This document shows, piece by piece, positions 61,872 to 64,000 of a DNA stretch of 64,000 bases. The notes below the pieces were generated by a model, which saw nothing but the letters and a program-made list of their open reading frames with translations, did no database searches and was not told where the DNA came from. The position numbers were made by a program, and so were the translations under genes. The stretch lies in the NCBI RefSeq assembly GCF_963853765.1, contig NC_088859.1:48484001-48548000 (forward strand). The letters are read 5' to 3'. The stretch's first letter is position 1. Each line of letters begins with the position of its first letter. Origin of the DNA: Magallana gigas (Eukaryota).

Positions 61872-62836
61872 GGTCATCATCTGAGGGTCACTTGTAGGTC
61901 AACTAATGACACTTCATTCATCAGGATCGTCAGATAAAGGTCTTTAGTTCCTAAATCACTCATTTGACTCATCAAGTAAAGGTCATTAAAAGGTCATTCA
62001 TTAGGATCATTAACTGAAGTGCACCTTCAGGTCACTCATTATCATCAACAACTCTGGAACAGAATTTTCGTCCCCAGTGCTATGAACAGAATTTGTCTTT
62101 GCTATTTTTTTTATTTGTTGCTGGGATTATACCTCTGATTGTCAATATTTTATGTGGTGGATCTTGTATTAGGCTTTATTATATCATTGTATATTGAATA
62201 AAATCTTTGGTATACTGTATAATGTTTTAAGCATTGATTGTGTTTGTTGACTAGACTTACTTTTACAAAACATACTGTACATTTTATATTGTTGAAAATA
62301 TTGTGGGAAATAATGTGATTGTTGTTAATTAGCTCATTAACACAAACATTGTAGTTAGCATCCATTCCAACAGTGGTTGGAGTGGTTTATGTAATTAGAT
62401 ATATAGATATATATATGTATATATACCTGTATACTTTGTTTTCTGTCAACTACAAATGTCTTGAACCAGTAATGGTGTTTGTTGTGGTCTGGGCCACAGC
62501 ATTTATACCACTAGAATGCTCTTCCCTGAATTGGTCTATGATAGATTATGTTTCCATTTAAAATTAGATTGACACTTGTTAAATGCAAATCTCTTGTATG
62601 TAATAAAGTTTTAAAATTTTAAGAGATTGCTACATGTATATTCTGAACACTGAATGTTTTTTGTTAAATACAGTTTTATGTAATTCCATAGAAAAGAAGG
62701 CATTTACTTGAAAGTTCAAAATTATCACATGTAAGCAATACCATTAAATCGATTGAAAATATAGGATGAAATAAAGTTTAGGCTTAAACTCTAGATAATT
62801 AAAGAATCTGTATTCCTTCTGTCACTCTTGTAAAGA

Positions 62837-63094
62837 TTGCCATTGGTCAGGATATTCTGATTCTGTGGTTGCCATTGGTCTGGATATTCTGATTCTGTGG
62901 TTGCCATTGGTCTGGATATTCTGATATTGTGGTTGCAATTGGTCTGGATATTCTGATTCTGTGGTTGCCATTGGTCTGGATATTCTGATATTGTGGTTGC
63001 AATTGGTCTGGATATTCTGATTCTGTGGTTGCCATTGGTCTGGATATTCTGATATTGTGGTTGCAATTGGTCTAGATATTCTGATTCTGTGTGG
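62837..63094. repeat. 32-bp minisatellite, 8 copies, with a 64-bp higher-order dimer
   Basis: Unit ttgccattggtctggatattctgattctgtgg at 62837, 62869, 62901 and onward. Units 3-8 alternate (cc/..gatatt) and (ca/..gattct) variants. Confidence 0.95.
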
Positions 63095-64000
63095 TAAATG
63101 ATCCGTGTGATCACCGGCATCAATACAATCTAATGCAATACCTCGCTTTAGGTGTGATTCTATCAGATTGCATGTTGGTACAAGTACATGTAGTACATAT
63201 ATGTCCTTAGTGTAGTCCTAGTGTAGATCAGCAGTAAAAGCAATGCATTTAATCATATTACGTGGCTAAGCACACACGTACCAAAAAGCTACATACATGT
63301 ATTAAATGTAGTTACACCGTATTATCACTGATTTGATGGTGAGAGACTCAGAGATAAGCGATGTATGTTATTGATGATCAGGGCATATTAAGTTTGGATA
63401 TGTTTTATAATGTCAATGAATCACCTCAAGGCAGATGATTCCAATAAAGCTTGGCTTAATTACACTCAGTTTTTGACTTGTATATATCTCTTCATTAGAA
63501 GCTTCACTTTTGCCCCATACATCTTTGCTAAACAAAGTTTTTTAATCCATATGGAATATGGATCTGCATATGTAATTTACTGACCACTTAGAAACCATAT
63601 TAAGTCAACTGCAAACCATGTTAACTATAGTCTGTCCCAAAATATTCATGCAGCGCATTTGGCCACTTTTAATGAAATTACACATACCTGTTTAGAAAGT
63701 GCAATTGAAATAAATGAAAGGGAAAATTTCCAAAAAATCTTCATTGACACATTTTCATTTTTCACTTGGAAAAGTTTACAGGAACAAAAACAGATTTCTT
63801 ATGGAGAATTATAATGGAGAATGTTTACATCTTTTCTTCATTCAGAAGTCACTCGGATTATCTCGTGCAATTTTTCAACGTTATCTGGGTCTGCTGCAAT
63901 ATAAAATCCCCATAGACATAACATTTTTTAGCTGTGTATTTAAACCTGATAAGCTAAATGTAGCGTTTCAATGGAAAAATTTTGAAAAATGTTCATACCT

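Noticed and set aside
62791-63123. 110-aa and 62-aa repetitive ORFs on the minus strand
   Set aside because: They are by-products of a stop-free 32-bp repeat. The unit is not a multiple of 3 and there is no splice or family evidence.

Overview
AT-rich, intron-rich eukaryotic genomic DNA. The ~160-167-bp satellite-carrying Helentron-like elements and MITEs suggest an oyster/bivalve; this is an inference. I reconstructed exons by hand from GT..AG boundaries, phase continuity and protein motifs, which gave seven protein-coding genes. (1) 5' part of a Tweety-family (TTYH) gene, minus strand, running off the window start. (2) MKK3/6-type MAP kinase kinase, plus strand, with at least two alternative first coding exons. 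(3) FAAP24, minus strand. (4) An uncharacterised FYVE + armadillo-repeat gene, plus strand, head-to-head with FAAP24. (5) An intronless 335-aa coiled-coil ORF, minus strand. (6) A CSGALNACT-type chondroitin glycosyltransferase with a single coding exon, minus strand. (7) A 20-coding-exon, ~1112-aa class I NF-kB (p105/p100/Relish type: RHD-NLS-glycine-rich region-long linker-ankyrins-death domain), plus strand. The rest is MITEs, Helentron-like elements, long hairpin elements, mini/microsatellites and two assembly gaps. The most interesting signals are in the NF-kB gene. A perfect kB palindrome lies in the large intron separating the RHD half from the ankyrin half, followed by a candidate donor and a strong-context in-frame ATG, which could give a self-induced IkB-gamma-like transcript. 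The linker also carries a DEVD caspase site and DSG motifs, while the C-terminus lacks the p105-type degron. All regulatory interpretations are hypotheses from sequence alone.
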